From Octopus sinensis (taxonomy: Eukaryota): 64,000 nt of DNA. The notes beneath the pieces are model-generated. The model was given only the letters and a program-made list of their open reading frames with translations, did not search any database and was not told the origin of the DNA. A program made the position numbers and the translations under genes. Within the stretch, counting starts at the first letter, position 1, and every line of letters starts with the position of its first letter. Below, in pieces: positions 51,734 through 64,000 of this stretch. The stretch is taken from the NCBI RefSeq assembly GCF_006345805.1, contig NC_043004.1, positions 1,364,001-1,428,000 of the forward strand, read 5' to 3'.

Positions 51734-53016
51734 GTATTTGTAAAGACTGCGTTAAAAGTAAGTTGAAATAAACATTGGCAATGCAGTTATGAATTAAATA
51801 TGAGTTAATGTAAAGAAGCGAAAATATCCGAGTGTAATTCTGATGCGAGCCATTTTGCCGACAAATGGACACTGTACGTACCCTTTATACATATTCATAT
51901 AAGCATATATTTTCATGCGGCGTCTGCACACAGACATACGTACATGTTTGTCAAAGCATATACGAGTATGTATGCGCCTGGTCTTGTGTGTGTGTGTACG
52001 TGTGTGTGTGTGCGTGTGTGTGTGTGTGTGTGTGTGCTCACGCAAGTATGTGCGATCAGGAAGATATATTTAACATATATGTATATTAAATTAGTAGATT
52101 AGTAATCATGAGTAAAGTTGATGGATATACCTTATTTGTTAGCTCTTAAACTCATTTGTTTCATTACTGCATACATTTCGATTTTCACTGGCATATCATT
52201 TAGTTGCCGATCATTATGACGTGTTTATGAATTCAACCTTCCTTTCACTCTCTCAGTCAATTTGATAGCCCTTCCCCTTTGTATAATTTCTTTCCCTCTA
52301 CTCTCTCATCTATCTCTAAAATTCTCGCCCTCTTTACTACTTTTATTCAAATCTAATTTTCTGTGACCCCCCACAAAATTTTTCAGTGCATAGATGAATT
52401 CCTTAAACTTATCTTTTACCGCGGACGCTGAACTGTTTTAACTCGCCTTCTCCCCGTCTCACTCTTCAGATTTGGTAACCGCCAGACTAGTCGATGTATC
52501 ACTCACTGTTGTTAGTATGTATATCTGCACGCCCATTTTACTGAATAAATGAAAAAAAAAACATGCAACAAATTATGGACATGTATTCATTGAAACGTTC
52601 CAATATATGCATTTCCGTATATTAGATTCAGTATTAGGCTGGCGAATACAATACACTATTTACAATGCAGATTTGAAAACCTCACTGACATAACATTCTG
52701 GATTGTAAGAGGACGGGCACAACGTGTTGGCTTATCCAGCTTGTGGCTAGTTTGACTGAGCTTGCCGACGGGAAAATGGAGCAGAGAGTGAGAGCGAGTG
52801 AGCTTAAGAGAGATAGAAATCGAAGGAGGGAGGGAAACAGCGAAAAAGGGAGAGAGAGAGGTGGGGATAGAGTGAAATAAAGTAAGGTCGACAAGAAGGC
52901 TTAAAATCAGAAAAAAAAGAGAGAGAAAACAAAGAAAAATAACTTAACAAAAGGAAGTAGGTTAAATGAATAAGAAAAAGAGAGAATAATATATGAGGGA
53001 GAAAGGGAGAGAGGAA

Positions 53017-53097
53017 AGAAGAAGAAGAAGAAGAAGAAGAAGAAGAAGAAGAAGAAGAAGAAGAAGAAGAAGAAGAAGAAGAAGAAGAAGAAGAAGG
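53017..53097. repeat. (GAA)n microsatellite
   Basis: Direct reading. Confidence 0.95.
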
Positions 53098-53543
53098 AGA
53101 GACGGTACGGTGGTGTTGTTGGCGGCGGTGGTGGAGAAAACCATTTATAAGAAATATTTAAATGAACTCTGTTTTTGTTGCTTATTGTAAGACTTGTGTA
53201 ATCTTCGTAATAAGATAGCGTGTGAAATGTGTCCCCGTGAATATGTGTTGTTTCTTTACCAGTACAACTCAAAATTAAACGATGATTATTTCATCGAGGC
53301 TTCGTTGCTCAAGAAACATATTGGGGCGATAGATTGGTCAGGACTCTATTCAATTCTATCTAATCCAGAGGACTAAACATTCGACTTGAAGATAACCCTC
53401 ACCACAATCTTGATATATTCACTGATGTTCACTTGCTTGTCGATAGGAGAAGAAAAACGAAAAAGAAAAGGAAGAAAAAAGACGTCATTGCAAAGGTCGA
53501 TAAGCCGATGGTCAGAAATTAACCAATGGATTTTATTGTACAG

Positions 53544-53567
53544 AGAACTCGGTCACATGGGAAATTG
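53544..53567 (+). CDS. Candidate 24-nt microexon, or 3' end of a first coding exon (ATG at 53557)
   Basis: ttttattgtacAG acceptor and tg|GTAAGA donor; ATG GGA AAT TG would start MGN(C). Confidence 0.3.
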
Positions 53568-54226
53568 GTAAGACAACTTTTATTTTTTATTTTCCTCTTT
53601 TAAATATACTAAACAAATAACATTGTTGATTTATCCACTGTATTGGTCTGTTTTATTCTTTAAAGTAATGGAGAAATAAGCTCGTGTCTTTTCTTTGTGT
53701 TGGAATTTCGGCTTCTTTTACAAACGTTTAAAAAATCAAATGTAATTTAAAATAAAGGGTGAATACAACAAAAAACAAAACAAAACAATTTAAATGAAGA
53801 AAGAAAAATGTGTTAATATTTGAGAATATATATATTTCAGATGTTAAAAATAAGTTTTTTAATTTTAAATATTCTACTTCAGTCAAGAAATAGTTTAACC
53901 AACAAAACGTCTACTGGATATTCCATAAAAGAACTCAAAGATAAGAATAGAAATTTAATAGGAATCTATATTGGCATCTTTTACGATTAAAACTATTTCA
54001 GTTCAACTCAGAAATTTAAAACAAAACACAAGTACTTTGCGAGCTGTGTTCACAATTTGGTTTTGATTTCTCATCGAAACTTTTCATGTACACCACTTTG
54101 GAAAAAGCTTGAATGTCAAAATGCTATAACTCTCTCTGCGCACAATGAACAAAAATCAATATATCTAACAAAAAAGTGAGTCTTTCACTAATTGTAGCTT
54201 TAGTTTATAAAACAAACGTTGTACAG

Positions 54227-54479
54227 CTGTAGAGGACACATTATCGACAAATCGAGTTTTGACCGTGGTTCTATCACTAGTGATAGCTATTTCCCTTTTT
54301 CTCTTAACTTATTTGAGAAAAGCGTGGATGTCGCAAAATCTGTTCCTTCAACCAATGAAGTGAATATAATGGTGGGTGGAGATACCTTTAATGACTGCTG
54401 TTGGGTGGAGATGTCTCTGATCACAAAATGTTTTATCGCAACATTAAGACCAGAATACAAAACATTAAAATATAATTAA
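54227..54479 (+). CDS. Candidate exon (two alternative frames)
   Basis: After gtacAG one frame is open to 54479 (C-CRGHIIDK...); another gives RVLTVVLSLVIAISLFLLTYLRK, a transmembrane-like segment, stopping at 54363. The acceptor is weak. Confidence 0.3.
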
Positions 54480-55739
54480 TAATGATAATCACGGTGTTTG
54501 AGAGATAAACACTTGGAAAGTGACTTCGTAATGGTTACCGTTTGCAGTTATTTATGTCACTAATATTCTTGAGGATTGCCTTAAAGTCTTCTGGTTTATA
54601 TAAGAAATATTTTTACTCCCTCTGATGTATACATGAAGTCTTGTGCTTTACGAAATCTTGGGTATCACTGAAACCAATATTTATCATTAATCATTTAGAA
54701 ATTCTGGGTTTTACAATAGAAGTAAATAACTAAACAGGCTTCGATTCTTAGTCGGAGTAATAAAACCAAATTCTCCAGAAATTGTGTAGATGCCCGAACA
54801 GACGTACGTTCCGAATAAAAAGAACTTAATAACTGTAATCGTGGTCACAAATGATTCTGTTTCGATTTGATTCAATTAAAAATATCTAAACTATTTTCAG
54901 TTAACATAATTTATGAAATACTAGATAATTAACAGTTAAAGAACTGCAATGATGTGGCAGGAGTAACAGGTCTTGGAATTAATGAGTTACATTAATTAAT
55001 CTTATTCATGTTTTGCCGCTTTGAATTCAAATCTTTTACGAAGTCGACATTTCTTTTCATTTTTCAAGGGTTCATGAGATAAGCACCGGTCATAAACTGA
55101 GATGAATTTAGATTCACGGCTCGGACCTCCTACAAATTTACTGTGTATTGCTACCGTAGCAGCCCGTAATTAATAATCTAAACTTATTCAATTATTAATT
55201 AGTTCTTAGAAAAAAATCTATTCATAAAAATAAACACTAAATCACAGTTAGTATTATGCGATTTGTATGGTAAGGACGGACGGATAGAGTTATGTGGTGA
55301 GTAAGCGAAGTTTACTTTTCTCATGACGTTTGCTATAGAATATCGATCTCAATGATGAGAGTTGATTATATCTAGGTTTTCGTTAGTTATAGTCATCTCT
55401 CTTCCTTTACGTGCGAAATCTGATTAATTTGTTAGAAGAACAGGCGTTTAGTTACGTTGCTCGGCAAGACAATCGGACAATGTACTGTTGTATACTGTTA
55501 GATACATAAGGGGTATTTTGTAAATATCCGCACTATTGAATTTATTTCTTTTGATTGATAGTATCGAAAGTTTTTGTATATTTACAAAGTATTCATATAT
55601 GAAAAAATAACGAAATTAATTCAATATTATTTCCTGGTAGACAGACGCTAACCTCCTGCAGTTAATTTATAAGATTTTCTACCTCTTCCAGACAGTTATG
55701 AAGACTAAGGAGTTATATCTAGACGCTCAACATATATTT

Positions 55740-56700
55740 AAACCCATTTCATTTCTCCAAGACGCCAAAGCTAATACTAAACCCGGTGGTTTTGGACTCT
55801 GATCTAATCTAGACCACCTCTTACTAACCTCTTCTAACATGCAGCCTACACAATCTTGTCTATCTCCAAGACATAGTTCTCTCAGCCTCTATCCTGCTGT
55901 TTAAGCTACGTTCTTTACTCAGACTTTACTCCGAAAATGGGGTCTGCACATTCATACATTTCACTTTCCCTGACCCTTACCTCGTTCAACTGAGGATCAG
56001 CAACAAAGACTTCAAGTTTCTCTGACTCAAACCCCATCTCTTTCATTCAATATATCTGCTCCCAATCCCCTTGAACCATCATCAAGTCTTCCACCATATT
56101 TTCTCTTGCATCGAGGGTGCATATCTACTTCATCTCTCTCTGAAGTCATCATCTCGATTGTTCAAAATTCTCCTTGACGCTCACATCCATCTGAAGTGAA
56201 GCCACCGATATGTAAACCGTCAATCATCAATACTAATCTAGTTTCATCCCCTTCACGCATTCTAGGCTGACTCACAGATGCTGTAAGCATTCTTGATGCG
56301 TATATTCCCTCCAAATCCAAACTCTGCCAGACTGTAACTCTCTCTGAACTGTGTAATCTTGAACTCTCTAACCGAGTTCTCCAAATTTATATCTGCATCC
56401 TACGAAATGTTCCTAACAGCCCTGACTCTGTAGAGCTTCAAGGCAGATAATTAATCGGAGCTACTATCCCTAGCAGCCCATTTTCAAACCTGACCAGCAG
56501 AAACCGCTTGGCAAGGGACTATAACCATTTCTGTTAAGTATATCGGTGCACATCATACATTACGAAAACTTACCGCCTCAGTTACCACAAATAATTCCTT
56601 TTTTGTTGCGCTGCAGCAGCTCAAGCAAAAACAGTTTTACTACGACTGGAAAAAATCCCTCTTCCTGACCCTACACAGTGGGAGGCGTTTACTCAGCACC
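55740..56700 (+). mobile_element. Possible very old LINE endonuclease-region remnant
   Basis: C-rich composition unlike the flanks and faint APE-like remnants; many stops. Confidence 0.25.
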
Positions 56701-56747
56701 CGTAGCTCCTACAAATAACCCCATTTCGCATAACTGAAACCCACGAC

Positions 56748-56833
<86 letters not shown>

Positions 56834-56834
56834 A

Positions 56835-56886
<52 letters not shown>

Positions 56887-58234
56887 ATATATATACACAT
56901 GTATATGTATAGTAGAAAAAGATAGGAAATAAATCCTTTCATTGACATAATACTAATCTATCGCAAGTAACCTACATTATCGGTACAGTAGAAAAGTGGT
57001 CAACTGAAGTGAAATATCTAGAAATAAAATGAAATAAACAAGAAAAGAAATAAGAAATAAATATACGAAAGAAAATGAAATAAATATGTCAACATCAGGA
57101 AAATATTCAAAATATATCTTCTTGTGTGACTGCTCGAGGTATAGGTACTCCGAACTACGTGGTCGGTTCTTAATGCTTGAATTCTGAACATTCTTTTATG
57201 AAATGGAAGCCAATTATAAGCAGGATAAGATGTCTGTTTTTCGGAGTGTTTCCTCTTTTGAATGGATTGTTGCCTTGAACGACATGAAAGTTGAAATAAA
57301 CAGCATGAAAACTAGACATGAATATAAATTTACCGCAGAGAAAAAAGGGCTCAGACAAGCAGTTAAGCCTTTGTCCCTTTCTATATCACTCATTGCAAGC
57401 ACAAACCGAGAAGAAACCCTCTACAAGGTCATTAAATCTTTTAGGAATAGCAGCCAAATCTCCCTTTTCTTAAACAATTGAAGAAGATTAGATAATGTAT
57501 TCCTGGATGCATGACACAAAGACGAGATAATCGTAGAATGGAATGAAATTTAACATAGGATCAAGATTATTCTGAAGTTACAGCACCAACACAAGGAATC
57601 TTAATGCTATACTCACCAAATCAAACAAATAATCTTTAGTTTTCACAAGAAAGGCAAGTGAACGGAATTGAGCAAAATGGCTGTAGCTTTGATGAATGTA
57701 GTGACGCCGTTAAGCACTAACTTAGCCACTAAATGCTCCGTGATAAAGTGTCAACCTTATAGGTTAAATCCAGTTCCTTCTTCCCTTCATTCTCTCTCAC
57801 ACTGTGTGTGTGTTCACGTGCGTGTGTACGTGCGTGCGCGCATGGTATTCCTAGACTTTAGTTAGCATTTGATATTTCTAGTTATGTAAAATAAGTACGA
57901 GCTTAAGGCATCAAATGAAAGGGGGCACCATAAGAATGGTACATTGTTTACGGCACAAAAGAAATCAGCTTAAATTTACTGTTTTATGTAATATTAATTT
58001 TGAGGAATTGCGATTAAAGAAAAGGATAAAGCTTTTCAAATATAAAGTGGAAGCGTGCAAAAATAAAGATGATTTTCCGTCTTGCTGTTAATTTTGTCTC
58101 ATTTTGAAAAATTGAAAAATATTTCATGGTTTATTATTGTTCATATATTGAATTACATACATATATATGGTGGCACCAGAATATTTTAAGTGATTATGGC
58201 CTCTATGGGTTTTAACCCAGCCCTGCTTCTAGTA

Positions 58235-58402
58235 TAATATATAATACCTGGGGATAAACGGTGATGGTATACAACATGCTACTATGAAGGGAAAAATAAG
58301 AAAGGAATATTACTGGAGAATAAGTCTAATACTAAAAACTGAACTCAACTCTAAAAATCGCATCGAAGCCATTAACACCCTGGCACTTTCAGCAGTTTTA
58401 AA
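58235..58402 (+). pseudogene. R4/Dong-like retrotransposon fragment
   Basis: YLGINGDGIQHATMKGKIRKEYYWRISLILKTELNSKNRIEAINTLA, collinear with ~38100-38250. Confidence 0.75.
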
Positions 58403-58617
58403 GGCGGCGAGCTGGCAGAATCATTAGCACGCCGGGCGAAATGCATAGCGGTATTTCGTCTGTCTTTATGCTCTGAGTTTAAATTCCGCCGAGGTCGACT
58501 TAGCCTTTCATTCCTTCGGAGTCGATAAATTAAGTATCATTTGCGTACTGTGGTCAATCTAATCGACTGGCACCCTCCCCCAAAATTTCGGGCCTTGTGC
58601 CTAGAGTAGAAAAGAAT
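58403..58617 (+). mobile_element. SINE family C monomer
   Basis: ggcggcgagctggcagaatcattagcacgccgggcg...cctagagtagaaaagaat. Confidence 0.85.
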
Positions 58618-59212
58618 ATATAATTGTTAACACAACTTTATAAATAATTGCTAGAACTTGCAAGAAAGTTCAGGGAACATCGGCTTTGCGAGGTTATATG
58701 TTCATATCCCACGAGGAAGGAAAAAATTTAGCAGTTTTGATATCACTCAATATCAAAAATATTAACATCATGTTTTCAAATTCTACCCCTCAATAAATAT
58801 ATGCATTCAAACAAACAGACAAGTAAAAGTTACTTCGCTCCAAATATATATGTATTCACATATACTATTCATATACACATATATACATACACATATACCG
58901 TATCTATACACAGAGAGTCTGTAGAGAGACATTCCAAATAAAAGCTGTAGACTAGAGATCGCAATGATTTCGGTAGCATTGTTTACTCTAACGATGCCAA
59001 ATAGGATTTATGTTACTATGATATTTTTGTCCATAGCACAGCCCTCACTTTTCTTTGTGTCGGGACATGAAAACCAGCATCGTACTAAACCAAGGTTAGA
59101 TGCAACCAACTAAAAATTATTTTGTTGAAAACATTGTTGACGATTTCAGTTTTGAGTTTTCCATCATATAGCCCTATCATATCCAGAATATATTCTGTAA
59201 GTAGAGGCATTT

Positions 59213-59386
59213 ATTTGTAATATAATGTGACAATTATTCGGTTGCCATGATAAAACTCCGAGTTTCGGAGGTCGGGGCGGAAACCTGCATCGATAACTGA
59301 AGAGATTCCGGTTCATGTTTCCGCCCCGACATCCGAAAACTCGGAGTTTTATCATGGCAACCGAATAATTGTCACATGTTATATTG

Positions 59387-59391
<5 letters not shown>
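59213..59391. mobile_element. Fold-back element with hammerhead motif at 59292-59353 (+)
   Basis: Arms 59213-59284 / 59317-59391; gataa CTGAAGA ... GAAA(A)C tcgga GTT ttatc. Confidence 0.7.
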
Positions 59392-59429
<38 letters not shown>

Positions 59430-59431
<2 letters not shown>

Positions 59432-59538
59432 TTGTGTGTATGTATCGCTTGACTATCGATGCTGGTGTGTTTATGTCCCCGTAAGCTACCCGTTCGGTAA
59501 TAGACATCGATAGAATAAGAACTAGGTTTACAAAGATA

Positions 59539-59595
<57 letters not shown>

Positions 59596-59750
59596 CGTAT
59601 GTATGTATGTATGTATACTCAAACATATTGTACAGTCTTAGCAAAAAGTAAGAACTGGGGTCGATTCATTCGACTATAGATTTTTTGAAGGCTGTGCCCC
59701 AGCATGGCCGCACTCTAATGACTGAAATATGTGACAGATAAAAGATAAGA
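59430..59750 (+). mobile_element. SINE family B, 3' half, split by (TA)n
   Basis: gctggtgtgtttatgtccccgtaa...ccagcatggccgca...atgactgaaa, homologous to 20430-20600. Confidence 0.7.
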
Positions 59751-59762
59751 TGTATATGAGTG

Positions 59763-59801
<39 letters not shown>

Positions 59802-60213
59802 ATCCATATGGATTTAAAGACTCATAAAAAGCAGTAATTTTTAATTTTTAATTTATATTTCAAACAAACACCATAGTATTACTTCAAATTAAAAAAAAAA
59901 AGAAACTACTATTCGATATGATATACAAAATTTAAATTTTACATCTCTGAAGAGCAGAAGAGTTGTCTATAAGTGCTTATCAATAGAGGATTTCATTATA
60001 GGGACAGCACTTCTGGGAAACGATCGTAAGATGCTTTAAATACTTAATTCAAAACTTTTAAACTGTCATATACATTATATATTCATACTTATACATATTT
60101 ACATATATTTTTATACATATTTATATTTTTAATACACCAATTATTTCACACACGTATATATCTTTCTGAAGAATTTCTAATATTGATTCCTGATATTAAT
60201 AATAATATATATT

Positions 60214-60273
<60 letters not shown>

Positions 60274-60528
60274 TATATAATATATATATATATCCATTTA
60301 TCCATTTATCATTATCCATATATCATTTATCCATTTCATTAAATATATATATATCTATATATATATATAGATATATATATATTTAATGAAAGATAAATGG
60401 ATTATCTGTTACGGATTATTCAAAATTTAACCGATACCTGTGTAGCAAAAATCACACCAGAAAAGACACGGTTGAGGTTACGACCATGGGGTTTCGCCCC
60501 CGTGCTTCAGCGCGGATAATTGAAGTTT

Positions 60529-60876
60529 TATATATTTAGTGAAGGGAAGAAATGGAGCCGAACGAAGATTCTACAAAATTCCTTTTTATTATTTTCTACA
60601 CATGTTTCAAAGGCTGCAAATCCCAAATTCGGATTGAATAAGGAGACCATTCTGCAGCTTTCTCTTCAGGAAAATCCAGGAATTTAAAATCTCAAAACAA
60701 ATGCGCAGCAAGCTTTTCGAAACAAAACGCTCCCTAAGAGCCCATGGTAAGAGAAAGCTGCAGAATGGTCTCCTTATTCAATCCGAATTGGGAATTTGCA
60801 GCCTTTGAAACATGTGTAGAAAATAATAAAAAGGAATTTTGTAGAATCTTCGTTCGGCTCCATTTCTTCCCTTCAC

Positions 60877-60887
<11 letters not shown>
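60529..60887. mobile_element. Fold-back element (~138-bp arms, ~82-nt spacer)
   Basis: Arms 60529-60666 / 60749-60887, nearly identical; (TA)n on the right. Confidence 0.8.
60592..60674 (-). ncRNA. Type I hammerhead ribozyme motif with intact core and long stem II
   Basis: ttttc CTGAAGA gaaagctgca...tgcagccttt GAAA c atgt GTA gaaaa; 5-bp stem I. Confidence 0.65.
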
Positions 60888-60910
<23 letters not shown>

Positions 60911-61032
60911 CGCTCGTATTAAATATATAAATACTTTAATAGTATTCATACTTTGATGCAATAGAGCACTCAATATATATTCAGTATATAATATTCTCAT
61001 TGATTATATTTAACTAAAGATTTATATAAATA

Positions 61033-61071
<39 letters not shown>

Positions 61072-61074
61072 TTA

Positions 61075-61276
61075 TGTGATACCTGCATATATTCCACTCA
61101 TGAAGGTAAAGCATTTCTTATGCAAAGCCAGAAATCCGGCATCAGGAATTATGCAGTAATTTTTTGCTAGTTTATTTTGTCTTCTTTCCTGGTGCTGTAT
61201 GAACATTTAATGTGATTTTAGAGTCAAGTTTTGGCCGCTATATCTAGCATGGTGGTATCTCTTAGATACCCTTAAT

Positions 61277-61285
<9 letters not shown>
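61075..61285 (+). repeat. PLE terminal-repeat-like remnant with degenerate hammerhead motif (61091-61150)
   Basis: attcca CTCATGA agg...gcc a GAAA tccggcatc aggaat; flanked by (TA)n. Confidence 0.4.
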
Positions 61286-61321
<36 letters not shown>

Positions 61322-61555
61322 CAAAATGGGACACCCGGACAACTATATATATAAATAGTTGATTTTCACTCTCGATAAATTTATCCCTTTTTTGTGTCCC
61401 TAGCACTTGGCATACTTATTTAGGAGCCCTTAATTATATTTCTACATGAATATATTTTCTATATGAATAATATTTGTCTAATGACTAATTCGTCCTTTGT
61501 GCTGGGCCACTGTAGTAATCTATATTATTACCCTTGATTATATATATATATATAT

Positions 61556-61597
<42 letters not shown>

Positions 61598-61706
61598 GAG
61601 TGTGCGTAGTGATACACACACACATGTATATACGTGTTTGTGTATATATGTAAATGTATGTGTGTACATAAAATTTAAGGTTTTGTGTAATATGCTTGCG
61701 TGTGCT

Positions 61707-61773
<67 letters not shown>

Positions 61774-62430
61774 TCTGTATAATTACATATGTACATATAG
61801 GTATTTCGGTACAGCTTTGTTTATAAATATGTGTGTATATCAATGCATTTATATGTATCTGTAACGCCAGTATCTTAATGTTGAGGTGCGTTTATGTGTT
61901 GTTAAGTATTAAATATCTAATTTCGGTCAGTCGAAAAAAAAATAACTATAACAAAATGAAACTTTCGAGGAGGTTTCTATGTTTTTCGTAAACGGTTTAT
62001 TCTTTCTTGTAGAACGCAGTCGTTTTAATAAACTTAACATCATATCATCGATATTTCTACGAAACATCCCACTCTATAGACTGCTAAATTAGTTTAGATA
62101 AATTCTTTGACTTTAATCACTATAAAACTCGGACTCTGTGGAAAATATCTGTGATGATCTGATTTTTTTGTTTGTTTGTTATATAAATAATCTCTGATGG
62201 CTTCATGATGTAATTTGAATGGAAGAAAAATTCATACAGCTGTGGTATTATAAACGAAACTGCAGTACAAATGTATTGACAAAACGGGTAACTTACCACG
62301 CCTTTGTTTTTTTTCATATACATACATACATACATACATACATACATACATACATACGCACAAAGCTATATATTATATATTAGATAAATATATATATATA
62401 TATATACACATACACACATAGATACTATGA

Positions 62431-62478
<48 letters not shown>

Positions 62479-62665
62479 TCATATGTATCTATGTATGTAT
62501 ATATATGTATTCACCCACACACACATATACGTATGCTTATAGAATAATCATTTGCGAAAGAAGCGATATTAGCCCCAGAAGGTAATATTTATCCCCGCTT
62601 CTCCCATGGTGACTATCGTAGTATTATGTGTTATAAAGCAACATCTATATTTATGTGGGAATAAA

Positions 62666-62889
62666 TATGAGGGGAGGGGCTGAAAAGTTCCTGGTTTTGA
62701 GTAAAAGAAAATACAGGAGGATCAGTTAATTAGGATTTTAATGAACATATTCCCCCTCTCAGATTCACACAATTATTGCAACGGTCCTTCAGTTTTTCCA
62801 AGCCCTGTAAAAGAACTCGGAAAGTTGGGCCTCCAGCCAGGCCTTTCACGACACCCATAAAGCGAGGAACTTTTTAACACCCTCTCGTA
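62666..62889 (+). mobile_element. Mariner-type MITE
   Basis: TIRs tatgaggggaggggctgaaaagttcctgg / cgaggaactttttaacaccctctcgta; homologous to 2836-3057. Confidence 0.8.
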
Positions 62890-62899
62890 CAACCTTATG

Positions 62900-62933
<34 letters not shown>

Positions 62934-63134
62934 TGTATGTATGTATGTATGTATGTATGTATGTATGCACATTTACGTATCCAAACACACACACACCCAC
63001 TCTCAAACACACAGTGTGTGTGTATATATATATATTTGGTTGGGTCGTAATTAACGACAGTTTTTTTATATTTTAAAACTGTTGTAAATTAAATTACATA
63101 GCATTTGTTAATTATGCACTAACCCTATACATAG

Positions 63135-63176
63135 TGTTTATCTATCTATCTATCTATCTATCTATCCTATCTATCT

Positions 63177-63211
<35 letters not shown>

Positions 63212-63304
63212 GTCTGTCTGTCTGTCTGTCGTTCGTCTGTCTGTCTGTCTGTGCTCTGTCGTCTATATATCTATCTATCTATCATCTATCTATCTATCTA
63301 TCTA

Positions 63305-63360
<56 letters not shown>

Positions 63361-63373
63361 TCTATCTAACTAT

Positions 63374-63461
<88 letters not shown>

Positions 63462-63465
63462 ATAC
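63135..63465. repeat. (TATC)n/(TGTC)n microsatellite
   Basis: Direct reading. Confidence 0.95.
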
Positions 63466-63564
63466 TAGACTCCCCTTGACCCGTTGGGTCACCGGGAAAC
63501 TGTTTCGGGAAACAGAGTTTCGTGGGTCTTTTCTGTTTCAGGCTATTTCGCATGATTTCAGCGA

Positions 63565-64000
63565 ATGTGAATCCGAAATCCACTACTTAAAAAAATAAAA
63601 ATAAAAAGAGTTGCAAAGCGTTTAGAGTGGAATAAAGGCCAATAGAATTGGTCCCTAGAGCAGTCGAAGTATGTTACTTTCTCGGACGAGTCATCGAGTA
63701 ATCTTTTACCTTATTTCCGACCACCGGCTGAGTATACGTGTGGGGACAACCAAAAGAAGCTTTTGACCCAGACTGCCTTCTTCCAACTGTTAAACATGGA
63801 GGAGGATCTGTGATGATCTGGGGTGAGGGTGGCGGCTATATCTTGAAAATCCGCCGGCCCAATGGTTTCCCTTCATGGTAGAATTAATAGCCAAGGCTAT
63901 TTAAATATTTTATCTGATCAAATTCCTCCTACGGTTGCGGAACTGTTTCCGGAGGGAAACGCAATCTTTCAGGATGATAATGCACCAATTCACACAGTTA
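63565..64000 (+). pseudogene. Decayed Tc1-family transposase (runs off window end)
   Basis: VAKRLEW, VTFSDES, PKEAFDPDCLLPTVKHGGGSVMIWG, GRINSQGYLNILSDQI, NAIFQDDNAPIHT. Confidence 0.9.

Noticed and set aside
53386-53571. Signal-peptide-like ORF MKITLTTILIYSLMFTCLSIG...
   Set aside because: It starts at TTG with an in-frame stop just upstream; only its 3' end is kept as an exon candidate.
57170-57481. Overlapping 62-92-aa ORFs on both strands
   Set aside because: No recognisable domain and no convincing splice-site pair.
60475-60515. Minus-strand CTGAAGC...GAAAC...GGTC as a hammerhead
   Set aside because: A9 is missing and neither stem I nor stem II pairs.

Overview
This window is repeat-saturated eukaryotic DNA, most likely from an octopus (coleoid cephalopod). 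The attribution rests on the tRNA-headed SINE families and the (TA)n/(CA)n/(TATG)n/(TATC)n/(AAT)n load; no database search was run. No confident host protein-coding gene is present, and most supplied ORFs are microsatellite artefacts. Recognisable content: several decayed R4/Dong-like (RT + restriction-like endonuclease) retrotransposons, the youngest at ~36.7-39.7 kb and flanked by (AAT)n; decayed L1/Tx1-like LINE pieces; three SINE families; a Helitron-like element enclosing a LINE ORF1-like fragment; and Tc1, pogo/Tigger and mariner-MITE remnants. The most striking unexplained layer is a dense set of short, probably Penelope-like (PLE)-derived elements carrying minimal type I hammerhead ribozyme (HHR) motifs. 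They come from several unrelated sequence families, and many are arranged as fold-backs inserted in microsatellites. One recurring family places two HHRs in inverted orientation around an (AAT)n tract. A weak three-exon host gene candidate lies at 46.5-54.5 kb (+). Boundaries of decayed elements are approximate.
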